A stretch of DNA of 32,000 bases, taken from the NCBI RefSeq assembly GCF_003231495.1, contig NZ_PQWO01000016.1, positions 1-32,000 of the forward strand. Direction: 5' to 3'. Shown here in pieces: positions 8,327-17,140 of this stretch. Position 1 is the stretch's first letter; each line of letters starts with the position of its first letter. The position numbers were made by a program, and so were the translations under genes. The DNA is from Acaryochloris thomasi RCC1774 (lineage in GTDB: Bacteria; Cyanobacteriota; Cyanobacteriia; Thermosynechococcales; Thermosynechococcaceae). Below the pieces are notes generated by a model. That model had not been told where the DNA came from. It worked only from the letters and a program-made list of their open reading frames with translations, and made no database searches.

Positions 8327-8359
8327 GGCAGATCATAGGCAAACAGCTTATGGTCTGCC
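8327..8359 (+). terminator. Stem-loop 34 nt downstream of the repeat-protein gene (no U tract)
   Basis: Arms GGCAGATCATA (8327-8337) and TATGGTCTGCC (8349-8359): 11 bp including one G-U, with an 11-nt loop. Confidence 0.3.
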
Positions 8360-8415
8360 GAGGCTAAGATGCGATCGCATATGATCAGTAACAAAGCTGT
8401 CATCATCAATCTCCT

Positions 8416-9012
8416 ATGACTACAGCAACCTTAAGCAAGCCTCAGAAAGAAACGCCGCTCTTATTTGAGGGACTCACTTGGCGCGAGTTCAAAGCCGTCG
8501 AGCAGTTGCTAGATCGCCCAGGATATCGCCTCTCTTTCTTAGATGGTGTACTAGAGATTGTACAGATTCCCAGTGAAGCACATGAAACAGTCAAGGAACG
8601 GATCGCCGCTCTACTAGAGCTTTTCCTGTTGATGGCAGGATTTGATTTTACGCCCATTGGCTCCATGACCTTAGAAAGTGAAACGGGTCGGGTAAAACGA
8701 GAGGCCGATAAATCCTATAAGCTAGCACCAGGGAAATCTCGCCCTGATCTTGCAATTGAAGTTGTGTTTTCCAGTGGTGGCGTCAGCAAATTAGAAGTAT
8801 ATAAGCGACTGAAGATTGCAGAAATCTGGTTTTGGGAAGATGGGGCACTACAGATTTACCATCTGCGAGGAGAAGGAGAGCCGCTTGACTATGAGTTGAT
8901 AGCCAAGAGTGAAGCTGTACCAGGAATTGATCTAGAGCTGCTTGTGCGCTGTGTTGCGATCGCAAATCATGTTGATGCAGTAAAAACTTGGCAACAAGGG
9001 ATTGAAGATTAA
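8416..9012 (+). CDS. Uma2 (DUF820) family PD-(D/E)xK endonuclease-like protein
   Basis: 198 aa. Contains LTWREF...YRLSFLDGVLEI..PS..HE, then ...RPDLAIEVVFSSGGVSKLEVYKRLKIAEIWFWE, the family's nuclease-core pattern. Confidence 0.85.
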   Translation: MTTATLSKPQKETPLLFEGLTWREFKAVEQLLDRPGYRLSFLDGVLEIVQIPSEAHETVKERIAALLELFLLMAGFDFTPIGSMTLESETGRVKREADKSYKLAPGKSRPDLAIEVVFSSGGVSKLEVYKRLKIAEIWFWEDGALQIYHLRGEGEPLDYELIAKSEAVPGIDLELLVRCVAIANHVDAVKTWQQGIED

Positions 9013-9065
9013 GAACACGGGGGATTGTGGTTCAAAACGCGAGAGTGTTGTGAAGAATCTCTCGT

Positions 9066-9638
9066 CTATCGCGATCCGAAGAGGCTAGTAATTTGACAGG
9101 TAAACCCAGGCAGTAGGGGAGATGCGATCTCATCTCCATCTAACAATGTTGCTACTAAGACGAGTTGAGCATTCTCTCGACGGTAAATTTCAACTCGCCG
9201 AGCGAACCGATCAACAATCCAATACTCATGAGCACCTTGTGCTGAGTACAGCTTCAGTTTCGCAAGGCGATCGCGATCGATATTAGCCTGACCTGGGGAG
9301 AGAACTTCTACCACCAGTTCAGGTGCCCCCCGAAAATGTCCCGCTTCATCTTGAATTTGAGCTATCCGTTCATCGCTGATCCAAATGACATCGGGTGATA
9401 CGTTGTCCGAGTCTGAAAAAACGAGACCCGGCATAATGGATGGTTCCCCTAGACCACTTTCTAGCGACCAGGAATCAAGGACCGCAAAAACTCGTCCTGC
9501 AATTTGCTGATGCTTATGGTGGGGCGATCTCGTCACAAACAACTCCCCATCAATAATCTCGTAGCGAATCCACTCGTTTTCCGGTAACGATTCAATATCC
9601 TGGGTTGTCCAGCGAACGCTCGTTGTTGCTTGACTCAT
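9066..9638 (-). CDS. Uma2 (DUF820) family PD-(D/E)xK endonuclease-like protein
   Basis: 190 aa. Contains YEIIDGELFV..SP...H, then ...SPDVIWIS....APELVVEVLSPGQANIDRDRLAKLKLYSAQGAHEYWIVD, the canonical Uma2 signature. Confidence 0.88.
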   Translation of the reverse strand: MSQATTSVRWTTQDIESLPENEWIRYEIIDGELFVTRSPHHKHQQIAGRVFAVLDSWSLESGLGEPSIMPGLVFSDSDNVSPDVIWISDERIAQIQDEAGHFRGAPELVVEVLSPGQANIDRDRLAKLKLYSAQGAHEYWIVDRFARRVEIYRRENAQLVLVATLLDGDEIASPLLPGFTCQITSLFGSR

Positions 9639-9766
9639 GGTGATTCATATTGAAATCTTGCTTCAATGTTAACTCAAACAGAATCACTGATAATTGCGCT
9701 TGCCACTTCTACAGGTGGGGCGCCATAAGAACCAGGCACTGCTCAGCTAAAAAGTGATTAACGATG

Positions 9767-10366
9767 TCATAAGTCTGCCCCTGAAGGAAGCCGTCTGTGG
9801 ATATCAACGATACTGAGTCGTTTTCTCCGTAAGAGGTTACAAAATCCTATGAGCTCATCATCTGCAGCAAAGGCCGATTTAGATATGATGTGATAGTTGT
9901 CGTTACGAAGTGAGACATAGAAGAGAAGGAATACCGTTTCCTTAACTTCCAGCTCTATATATTTCTCCCAGGGCCTTGTTCCTTTTATCTCTTCTGACTC
10001 AAATGAAACACCTGATTCCGAAAAGTTCAGCATTCGAGGATCGTCTGAAAATCGACTCTGCTTCCAGGATCGTTCTAGGCTGCGGCGATAAATGGGACTA
10101 TATTTTGAATGGAAAATGAGTGTCAGAAGCAATATAAACACTATGGAGGCAATGGTTATCCTCAAAAAAACAAACTCTGGCACATCAGCCTCAGGTGTCA
10201 CTGTCAAAAATCCGAGAGCAGTTATCCACGTCGAAATACCAATGCCTACAAAATAGGAGTATCCATGTCATTGGGTCGCTTCATAATCTTGCAAAACTAT
10301 CTGATAACAAAGCGATAGTAGAACGTTGCATTCTGCCTCTTCATTACTGTTTTCGTTCATATCCAT
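9767..10366 (-). pseudogene. YcxB-like membrane protein gene interrupted by an in-frame TGA (10268-10270)
   Basis: Hand translation gives MDMNENSNEEAECNVLLSLCYQIVLQDYEATQ*HGYSYFVGIGISTWITALGFLTVTPEADVPEFVFLRITIASIVFILLLTLIF... in a single frame. Together this forms the normal short N-terminus, two TM helices and C-terminal YcxB-type domain (WEKYIELEVKETVFLLFYVSLRNDNYHIISKSAF). The track ORF (9767-10207) starts at a TTG inside TM1. Confidence 0.65.
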
Positions 10367-10444
10367 GTATGAGAGAAAACATTCACAATCACTGGGACAA
10401 TGTCCTGACTAAGTTTAGTTTGCCCAGGGACAGCGATTCTCATG

Positions 10445-13400
10445 CTAATCATTTTGTATGGCTTGAGGTGGATGGAGTGCCAAGACCTGCTTAAGATACT
10501 GACCTGTATAAGACTTCTCCACCTTCGCCACTTCTTCAGGGGTGCCATAGGCCACAAGTTCTCCCCCACGATCGCCTCCCTCTGGCCCTAAGTCAATCAC
10601 CCAATCCGAGCAGCGAATCACGTCTAAATTATGTTCGATTACCAAAACTGAATTTCCCTTATCCACCAGCCGCTGCAGCACGTTCAGCAACTTGTGGACA
10701 TCATAGAACGACAGTCCCGTCGTCGGCTCATCAATCAGATACAGCGTTTTGCCCGTTGCCCGCCGCGAGAGTTCCGTCGCTAGCTTCAGCCGCTGCGCTT
10801 CCCCCCCCGATAGCGTGGGAGCTGTCTGCCCTAGATGGACATAGCCCAAGCCGACATCGACTAGCGTCTGTAGCTTAGCGGCAGCTTTAGCAATATTTTC
10901 GTAAAATCCCAATGCCTCTTCCACCGTCATATCCAAAACATCAGCGATGGATTTGCTCTTGTACTTTACCTGCAGCGTCTCACGGTTGTAGCGCGCCCCT
11001 TTACAGACTTCGCACTGAACATAAACGTTGGGCAAAAAATTCATTTCAATCACGTTAACGCCCTGACCACCACAAGCTTCACAGCGTCCACCTTTAACGT
11101 TGAAAGAGAATCGTCCTGGCTTATATCCCCTCGCCTTCGCTTCAATCGTCTCAGAAAATATGCTGCGAATGACGTCGAACAGCCCAGTATAGGTCGCCGG
11201 ATTAGACCGAGGCGTACGGCCAATGGGTGACTGGTCAATAACGATCACTTTATCTAAAGCTTTGAGTCCCCCAATGCGCTCTAGCTCTTTGGGAAACGGT
11301 ACCTTTTGTCCAAGATGATGTCGAAGAGCAGGATAAAGCAGTTCATTCATGAGGGTAGACTTACCCGATCCTGAGACCCCCGTGATACAGACCAGCTCGC
11401 CTAAAGGAATGTCGATATCTAAGTTTTGCAGGTTGTTTCGGTTCGCTTGCTTGAGGATCAGAGACCGTCCATTGCCCTTCCGTCGAGTCTCAGGGGTAGG
11501 AATCACCTCCCGCCCAGAGAGATAGAGACCAGTGAGAGACTCTGAGGCCGATAGCAGATCTTCTAGCCCGCCTTGAACAACGACTTCACCACCGTGAATC
11601 CCGGCTTTAGGGCCAATATCAACGATATGGTCCGCTGCCCGGATTGTGTCCTCATCATGCTCGACCACAATTAGAGTATTGCCCAAGTCTCTAAGCTTAG
11701 TCAGAGTTTTTAGCAAGCGATGATTATCTCGCTGATGGAGGCCAATGCTGGGTTCGTCTAGCACATAAAGCACACCTGTTAGACCTGCACCAATCTGGGT
11801 CGCTAGTCGAATCCGCTGCGCTTCGCCACCAGAGAGGGTCATAGCGGTACGGTCAAGGGTGAGGTAGTCCAGTCCCACGTCTAGCAAGAACTTGAGGCGG
11901 GCCTTTATCTCTTTGAGAACCAGATCGCCAATTTGGGCCTGTCTCGCAGTCAACTGCATAGACTCAACGCGGTCCAAGCAGTCTCGGATGGAGGCAGAGG
12001 TCAGATCAATCAGACCATACTGCCCCATGCGCACGGCGAGGGATTCTGGCTTTAGACGCTTACCGTCACAAACGTCACAGGGCTGTGAAATTAAATACTG
12101 CTCTAGCTTCTGTCGATAATTCTCGGAGGTACTCTCTCTATAGTGGCGATCGAGGAGCGGAATGACGCCTTCATAACGTTTGTGATAGCCCTTGGACTGC
12201 CGATAACGAGAATCGACTTCGAGATAAATAGCTTCTTTCGTGCCATAGAGGACAGTGTGTTGCTGCTCAGATGTAAGCTGATCCCAGCGGCTTTGAAGCT
12301 CAAATCCAATGGCCTGACCAACGCTGTATAAAAGTGAGAAATAGTAGGTGTTATCTTTGTCTGACCAAGGTGCGATCGCAGCATAAACCGGCAGACTCGG
12401 ATCCGGCACAATCAGTTCAGGAGCAAAGGTAGGTAAGCTCCCTAACCCATGACAGTTGGGACAGGCACCATAGGGCGAGTTGAAGGAAAACAAGCGGGGC
12501 GAAAGTTCCTCCATCACAGCCCCGTGCTCAGGACAGGCAAAGTTCTCTGAGAATAATAGAACCGTCGATTTGAGAGGCTCTTCAGTTTCGTATTTGCCAT
12601 TGCTGTCTGCCGCTTTGGGTACCCCTTCCGGCCTCAGCGGTACAATATTGGCCTTTGGATCGGGCAAGACTTCTACCATTGCGATGCCTTCAGACCTCTG
12701 CAGGCTCGTAGACAGTGAATCCGCCAGGCGCTCTTCGATATCTGGCTTCAGAATTAGGCGATCGACAACAACCTCAATATCGTGCTTATGCGTCTTATTT
12801 AGATCGATATTATCGCTGAGTTCTAGTACCTCACCATTAACGCGCACACGGACAAATCCTTCAGCGGCTAGGCTCGAAAGCAACTTTTTGTGAGTCCCTT
12901 TTTTACCACGTACAACGGGTGCTAGCACCTGGAAGCGAGATTTTTCTGGAAGCTGCATAATCCGGTCCACCATTTGTTGAATGGTCTGCGGCGTGATGGT
13001 GCGATCGCATCTAGGGCAGTGAGGCTCTCCTGCTCTTCCGTAAAGTAAGCGCAAATAATCATAAATCTCAGTCACCGTTCCCACCGTAGAGCGGGGGTTG
13101 TGAGATGTCGATTTTTGATCGATGGAGATTGCCGGACTCAAGCCCTCAATGGCATCCACGTCAGGCTTATCTACCTGACCAAGAAACTGACGGGCATAGG
13201 CACTCAAAGACTCTACATAGCGGCGCTGACCCTCGGCAAAAATTGTATCGAACGCCAGAGAAGACTTGCCTGATCCAGAAACCCCCGTAAAAACAATCAA
13301 CTGATCACGAGGAATCTCAAGGTCAATATTTCTAAGATTGTGCTGACGTGCCCCTCGAATTCGAATGATGTTGTCGGCAGAGGGCGTCGAGGAGGATGCC

Positions 13401-13450
13401 TTAGAAGAAGATAGAACCTGGCGTTTCTTAGCGTCAGCGCGACGAGGCAT
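10445..13450 (-). CDS. uvrA: Excinuclease ABC subunit A
   Basis: 1001 aa. Two ABC ATPase modules (GVSGSGKSSLAFDT and GVSGSGKSTLMNE Walker A; two LSGGEAQR signatures), zinc-finger cysteines (CPRC, CPNCHG, CDVCDG, CEACGG...CEVCKG) and a UvrA-type C-terminus. Confidence 0.97.
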   Translation of the reverse strand: MPRRADAKKRQVLSSSKASSSTPSADNIIRIRGARQHNLRNIDLEIPRDQLIVFTGVSGSGKSSLAFDTIFAEGQRRYVESLSAYARQFLGQVDKPDVDAIEGLSPAISIDQKSTSHNPRSTVGTVTEIYDYLRLLYGRAGEPHCPRCDRTITPQTIQQMVDRIMQLPEKSRFQVLAPVVRGKKGTHKKLLSSLAAEGFVRVRVNGEVLELSDNIDLNKTHKHDIEVVVDRLILKPDIEERLADSLSTSLQRSEGIAMVEVLPDPKANIVPLRPEGVPKAADSNGKYETEEPLKSTVLLFSENFACPEHGAVMEELSPRLFSFNSPYGACPNCHGLGSLPTFAPELIVPDPSLPVYAAIAPWSDKDNTYYFSLLYSVGQAIGFELQSRWDQLTSEQQHTVLYGTKEAIYLEVDSRYRQSKGYHKRYEGVIPLLDRHYRESTSENYRQKLEQYLISQPCDVCDGKRLKPESLAVRMGQYGLIDLTSASIRDCLDRVESMQLTARQAQIGDLVLKEIKARLKFLLDVGLDYLTLDRTAMTLSGGEAQRIRLATQIGAGLTGVLYVLDEPSIGLHQRDNHRLLKTLTKLRDLGNTLIVVEHDEDTIRAADHIVDIGPKAGIHGGEVVVQGGLEDLLSASESLTGLYLSGREVIPTPETRRKGNGRSLILKQANRNNLQNLDIDIPLGELVCITGVSGSGKSTLMNELLYPALRHHLGQKVPFPKELERIGGLKALDKVIVIDQSPIGRTPRSNPATYTGLFDVIRSIFSETIEAKARGYKPGRFSFNVKGGRCEACGGQGVNVIEMNFLPNVYVQCEVCKGARYNRETLQVKYKSKSIADVLDMTVEEALGFYENIAKAAAKLQTLVDVGLGYVHLGQTAPTLSGGEAQRLKLATELSRRATGKTLYLIDEPTTGLSFYDVHKLLNVLQRLVDKGNSVLVIEHNLDVIRCSDWVIDLGPEGGDRGGELVAYGTPEEVAKVEKSYTGQYLKQVLALHPPQAIQND

Positions 13451-13578
13451 GGCAGAGAGTGTAAATATTCCTTAATAATTCTACCGTTCTAGTGGGGGAA
13501 ACGCTGTTGTACTTGCACCGTTGCTGCCAATTCAGACGTAGGGACGAGTCATAAGCACGACCCCACACTGATCGTCGT

Positions 13579-13617
13579 TGGCCTTAGTTTGATTACGGCC
13601 GTGGCCTTAGTTTGATT
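13579..13617. repeat. Perfect 16-bp direct repeat TGGCCTTAGTTTGATT x2, 23-bp period
   Basis: The copies at 13579-13594 and 13602-13617 are identical and separated by ACGGCCG. They lie between the DUF4278 terminator and the uvrA start codon. Confidence 0.85.
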
Positions 13618-13627
13618 GAGAAACCGA

Positions 13628-13672
13628 CAAAAAATCAAAAAAAAATAAGGACAGGTGTTGACCTATCCTTAT
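13628..13672 (-). terminator. Rho-independent terminator of the DUF4278 gene
   Basis: On the minus strand: stem 13672-13666/13651-13645 (7 bp), a 1x1 mismatch, 4 bp (13664-13661/13656-13653) and a GTTG tetraloop. It is followed by U8-GA-U6 (A-runs 13637-13644 and 13629-13634 on plus) and sits 37 nt after the stop codon. Confidence 0.7.
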
Positions 13673-13709
13673 CATTCAGTAGTGATATTTCTAGTATGCC
13701 CAGAAATTA

Positions 13710-14144
13710 CTAACTTAGTGCAGCCGGGCTGCGATCATAAGTTGCTCTAAACCCAGGATTTGCCTTGCCTTGAATATGACTCCAGTAATGAGAAGCCTCT
13801 AAACCAAGGCCCACCTCAGCTGCAACACGTCCCAACATCGACTGCTGCCGATGCTTAATGAGGGTATGATGACCAAGCATTAAGGCCCGGGCCATATCCT
13901 TGGCAGATGCTCCAGCCTTGACTGCCGGGGACGAGGAGATCGATTTCTCAGGCACGGTTGGGTGCTGGCCAGTCTGATACGCAACACCTCGATAAACTAA
14001 ATCTAAGGTTGGCTGCTGCACTGAAGAAGTGGCCGTCTTAAATCTCCACTCCAAACCGCGATAGGTTCCAACTAGCTCAGTCGGCTTGGCCGCAACCTGA
14101 GGAGGAACGTATTCATAATCAACGCCACGATATTTAAGTTGCAT
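13710..14144 (-). CDS. DUF4278 domain protein (144 aa)
   Basis: The internal ATG at 14144 gives MQLKYRGVDYEY..., the characteristic DUF4278 N-terminus. The YRG motif recurs (TYRGLEWRF, LVYRGVAYQT). The track's TTG-initiated extension to 14315 is AT-rich and looks non-coding. Confidence 0.8.
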   Translation of the reverse strand: MQLKYRGVDYEYVPPQVAAKPTELVGTYRGLEWRFKTATSSVQQPTLDLVYRGVAYQTGQHPTVPEKSISSSPAVKAGASAKDMARALMLGHHTLIKHRQQSMLGRVAAEVGLGLEASHYWSHIQGKANPGFRATYDRSPAALS

Positions 14145-14280
14145 AGCTCTCGCCTCATAACGATACAAGTGGGTGAGGCGCGTTCCTTCAGGGCGAGCCC
14201 CTACTTCCGTCTCCGTCTTGCCCACAAATTTGTCATCGACACGAGGACTAGCTAGAGATGAACGATATATTTCTGTATCA

Positions 14281-14309
14281 AATATATCTTTTTTGCATAA
14301 AACTGTCAA
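14281..14309 (-). promoter_or_regulatory. Near-consensus sigma70-type promoter for the DUF4278 gene
   Basis: On the minus strand: TTGACA (14309-14304), a 17-nt spacer, then TATATT (14286-14281). This is ~130 nt upstream of the ATG at 14144. Confidence 0.5.
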
Positions 14310-14414
14310 ATTCAATACACTTTTTTCGTGGTTTTTGCGATAAAAATTTCACGTCACCTATCCAGAGAGAGACAGTGCGTCACAGGGAACTTATCGAGCT
14401 TGACGAGAGAGGCG

Positions 14415-16376
14415 TTATTTATTCCTGGCTGCCGTTTTCACGTACTGCCTAGTCCTTACAGTTTGAGTCTGGTACCCATCAACGAGCGTTTTGAGTAGAC
14501 CGCGAATCTGCTCAGAATCGTTACTAAAGGCAGCTTGTCCCAAATCAGCAACCACCCGCGTCAGCTGTTCTGATACAGTCCTGCTAGCATTTTTGACCAC
14601 TAACAATTTTTCATGCTCGGTGGGTTGGTACTCCTCTCCAGGAATGAGTAACTCCTCATATAGCTTCTCCCCAGGTCTCAGACCTGTGAAGCAAATTTTG
14701 ATGTCCTTATCCACTTGATAGCCTGAAAGACAAATCAAATCATTGGCTAGATCTACGATTTTGACCGGTTCACCCATGTTGAGCATCAGCACTTCGCCCC
14801 CTGGGCTGAGGACGGACCCCTGCAGCACCAACTGGACCGCTTCAGGAATGGTCATAAAGTAGCGACAGATGTCAGGATGAGTCACCGTCACCGGTCCACC
14901 TTCAGCAATTTGACGCTTAAAAGTCGGGATGACGCTGCCTCGACTACCCAGGACATTACCAAAACGAACAATGACAAACGACCGATGACTTCTCCGAGCG
15001 GCCTGCAGGACAAGCATCTCCGCGACCCGCTTACTAGCGCCCATCACACTAGTGGGGTTCACAACCTTATCTGTGGAGATCATGACGAAGTTCTCGACGC
15101 CAAACTCTACAGCCAAATCCACGAGGGCTTTGGTTCCTAGAACATTGTTGGTAATGGCTTCTGGTGGATTGTCTTCCATCAGAGGAACATGCTTATGAGC
15201 TGCGGCATGAAAAATGACCTCTGGCTGAAACTGCTCAAAGGCAAACCGGAGTCGAGCCGGATGGCGTAAATCAGCAATGAACGGAGTCAAAATAGGGGCA
15301 TTCAGGTAACCCGAGCCATTATTGTCGCAACCCCTATCCCCACCTAGGTTATGTAATTCTTGCTGAATATTGAAGACCGAATTTTCTCCATGCCCCAACA
15401 GAATCATTTCTTTCGGATTGAGGCTGTAGACCTGCCGACAGAGCTCGCTACCAATGGAACCTCCAGCACCGGTAATTAAGACACGCTTGCCTTGCAAAAG
15501 CTTCTGAACACGCTGAACATCAATATAAACCGGCTCCCGTCTGAGCAAATCTTCGATCTGCACTTCTCGCAGGCTTTGACGTAGGTTTCTTGAACTGCTC
15601 AAGATATCCTGCAGAGCAGGTAGGGTTTTTGTTTCTACCCCGGCCTGATGACAGATAGAGACAATATCTCGGATCACGGGGCCTGAAATCGAGGGCATCG
15701 CAATAATGGCGACCTGAATCTGCAGTGTTTTGACAATTTCAGGAATCAAGGTGCGATCTCCGAGAACCGGCAGTCCTCGGATTTTCAGCTTGCGCTTTTT
15801 GGGATCGTCATCAATGAAAGCAACGGGGACCAAACTCACCCCAGGATTAGATTCTAGCTCTCGAGCAAGGGCAACACCTGCATCACCGGCACCGATAATC
15901 AGAGCATGTGCTTGGGAGGTACGCCACTGCGATAGGCTTCCCCAGCGGTGATTGAAGCGCTCAATTGCTCTGAGACTGAACCGACTACCACCTACGACGA
16001 GTAGGGTTAGCAGGCCCTCAATGAAGGGAAGTGAACGAGGTAAGGCAATCAAGCCGAGAGACTGCAGGGTCGAAAAAGCAAAGGCTTGCAGGATGATGAC
16101 TGCAAGGGTCAAGGACACGATCTTGAGCAGTTCATCAATGCTGGCATAGCGCCAAAACGAACGATAGAGGCCAAAAGGCAAATAAACTGAAAACTTCAGA
16201 AAGATAAACAGTAACGTAATGGCAATCAGGCCCGCTTGATGATGTTCGGGCACCCCCACACTGTCTAACCGCAAGTTCAACGCCAACAGCGGTGTCAATG
16301 TGAAACAAACGGCATCAATTAGAAAAAAATGACGGTTTCTCAGTCTCAGAAACGCATCACTCAGACCATTCAGCAT
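14415..16376 (-). CDS. Polysaccharide biosynthesis protein, CapD/PglF/WbpM-like membrane-bound NDP-sugar 4,6-dehydratase/epimerase
   Basis: 653 aa. N-terminal TM helices are followed by two Rossmann regions (IIGAGDAGV; VLITGAGGSIGSEL), then the SDR catalytic region (STDKVVNPTSVMGASKRVAE) and RFGNVLGSRGSV. Confidence 0.9.
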   Translation of the reverse strand: MLNGLSDAFLRLRNRHFFLIDAVCFTLTPLLALNLRLDSVGVPEHHQAGLIAITLLFIFLKFSVYLPFGLYRSFWRYASIDELLKIVSLTLAVIILQAFAFSTLQSLGLIALPRSLPFIEGLLTLLVVGGSRFSLRAIERFNHRWGSLSQWRTSQAHALIIGAGDAGVALARELESNPGVSLVPVAFIDDDPKKRKLKIRGLPVLGDRTLIPEIVKTLQIQVAIIAMPSISGPVIRDIVSICHQAGVETKTLPALQDILSSSRNLRQSLREVQIEDLLRREPVYIDVQRVQKLLQGKRVLITGAGGSIGSELCRQVYSLNPKEMILLGHGENSVFNIQQELHNLGGDRGCDNNGSGYLNAPILTPFIADLRHPARLRFAFEQFQPEVIFHAAAHKHVPLMEDNPPEAITNNVLGTKALVDLAVEFGVENFVMISTDKVVNPTSVMGASKRVAEMLVLQAARRSHRSFVIVRFGNVLGSRGSVIPTFKRQIAEGGPVTVTHPDICRYFMTIPEAVQLVLQGSVLSPGGEVLMLNMGEPVKIVDLANDLICLSGYQVDKDIKICFTGLRPGEKLYEELLIPGEEYQPTEHEKLLVVKNASRTVSEQLTRVVADLGQAAFSNDSEQIRGLLKTLVDGYQTQTVRTRQYVKTAARNK

Positions 16377-16718
16377 GGGCAGAAAGCACTATGTTTGTAT
16401 GATTACACTATCACTACACTCCCCCGAGGAGTTGCATTGGCAACGAAGTGAAAGCCTCTACTCTAGACAATAAGCCGCGTTTTCAGCCCTTACTTATCGT
16501 ACAAGTCAAGAGATATTGTGACTGCCGTGAGTTCAAAAAGTTCCCGTCCTGCTATTGTGCGGGTAGTGGGCCAGGAAAGGCGACAAGAGTGCCATTTAAT
16601 CAAACACCCAATCAAATTAACTGCAGGGACATCCACCACAAATGCAGTTCAGCGTATATACCCTTGCTTCAAAGTAGCAACCACTCCATGATGAGTATCA
16701 TTCTCGGCTCTAGGCGGC

Positions 16719-17129
16719 ATGCTAGAGGTTCAACAGTTAGCGGTCAGTTATCGAGAGGGGCGGGGCTTAGGTCAGGTTAGCTTTAGATCCTTTAGATTAC
16801 TCCCAGGTCAGCTTCAGCTTGTCGGAGTAATTGGCCCTAATTGGAGCTGGTAAAATACGCTGATGAAGGCCATGCTGGGGCTTATACCAGCAGCCCACGG
16901 AGAATATCATTTTTGATGTCTTTGATGAGCTAAAGGCTCAAGGGAAAATTCTGCTGGTGAGCAGTCATGACTAGGGTGACTCGATGTCACAGCTCGATCG
17001 GCTGTTGCTGCTCAATCAGTCTTTAATTGCCGATGGGGGCTGGAGCAGGTGATGACGCCGGAAAACCTGCAGCGAGCCTATCGCGGAACGGTGGGTCGCC
17101 GGGATGTAGATATGCCTTTTTTCTGTTAG
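16719..17129 (+). pseudogene. Remnant of an ABC transporter ATP-binding gene (MntA/ZnuC-like)
   Basis: MLEVQQLAVSYREG...LVGVIGPN is followed by a broken Walker A (WSW, then TAA at 16851-16853) and TLMKAMLGLIPAAHGE. The sequence then jumps to the C-terminal part IIFDVFDELKAQGKILLVSSHD*GDSMSQLDRLLLLNQSLIADG in another frame, and then LEQVMTPENLQRAY... in a third frame. The Q-loop, LSGGQ signature and Walker B are absent. Confidence 0.75.
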
Positions 17130-17140
17130 GCAGATCAATC

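Noticed and set aside
10268-10270. In-frame TGA in the YcxB-like gene considered as selenocysteine or programmed readthrough
   Set aside because: No SECIS-like hairpin is evident immediately downstream. The family is not known to contain selenoproteins, and the context (low-GC islet) favours simple inactivation.
11050-13290. Several 60-137 aa ORFs inside or antisense to uvrA (11050-11238, 11892-12119, 12103-12411, 12143-12331, 12480-12893, 13105-13290)
   Set aside because: They lie entirely within a strongly supported 1001-aa gene. They have low-complexity Ser/Arg-rich translations typical of shadow frames and contain no motifs.
13470-13492. LexA-box-like sequence TAGAACGGTAGAAT overlapping a possible uvrA -10 (TAGAAT, 13478-13483, minus strand)
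   Set aside because: Only one half-site fits the cyanobacterial RGTAC-N3-DGTWCB consensus. The other half matches 3 of 5 positions, which is too weak to call.
13579-13617. The direct repeat considered as a mini CRISPR array
   Set aside because: There are only two copies of a 16-bp unit with a 7-bp spacer, and no cas genes. The geometry is incompatible with CRISPR.
16400-16413. Fur/Zur-like box TGATTACACTATCA upstream of the transporter remnant
   Set aside because: Only the 4-bp ends (TGAT/ATCA) are palindromic. It lies about 300 nt from the ATPase ATG and only 24 nt from the capD-like start on the other strand.
16448-16780. 110-aa ORF upstream of the ABC ATPase remnant
   Set aside because: The composition is Cys/Ser/Arg-rich and not protein-like. 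Its 3' end overlaps the true (different) frame of the ATPase N-terminus. The region is better explained as promoter plus pseudogene.
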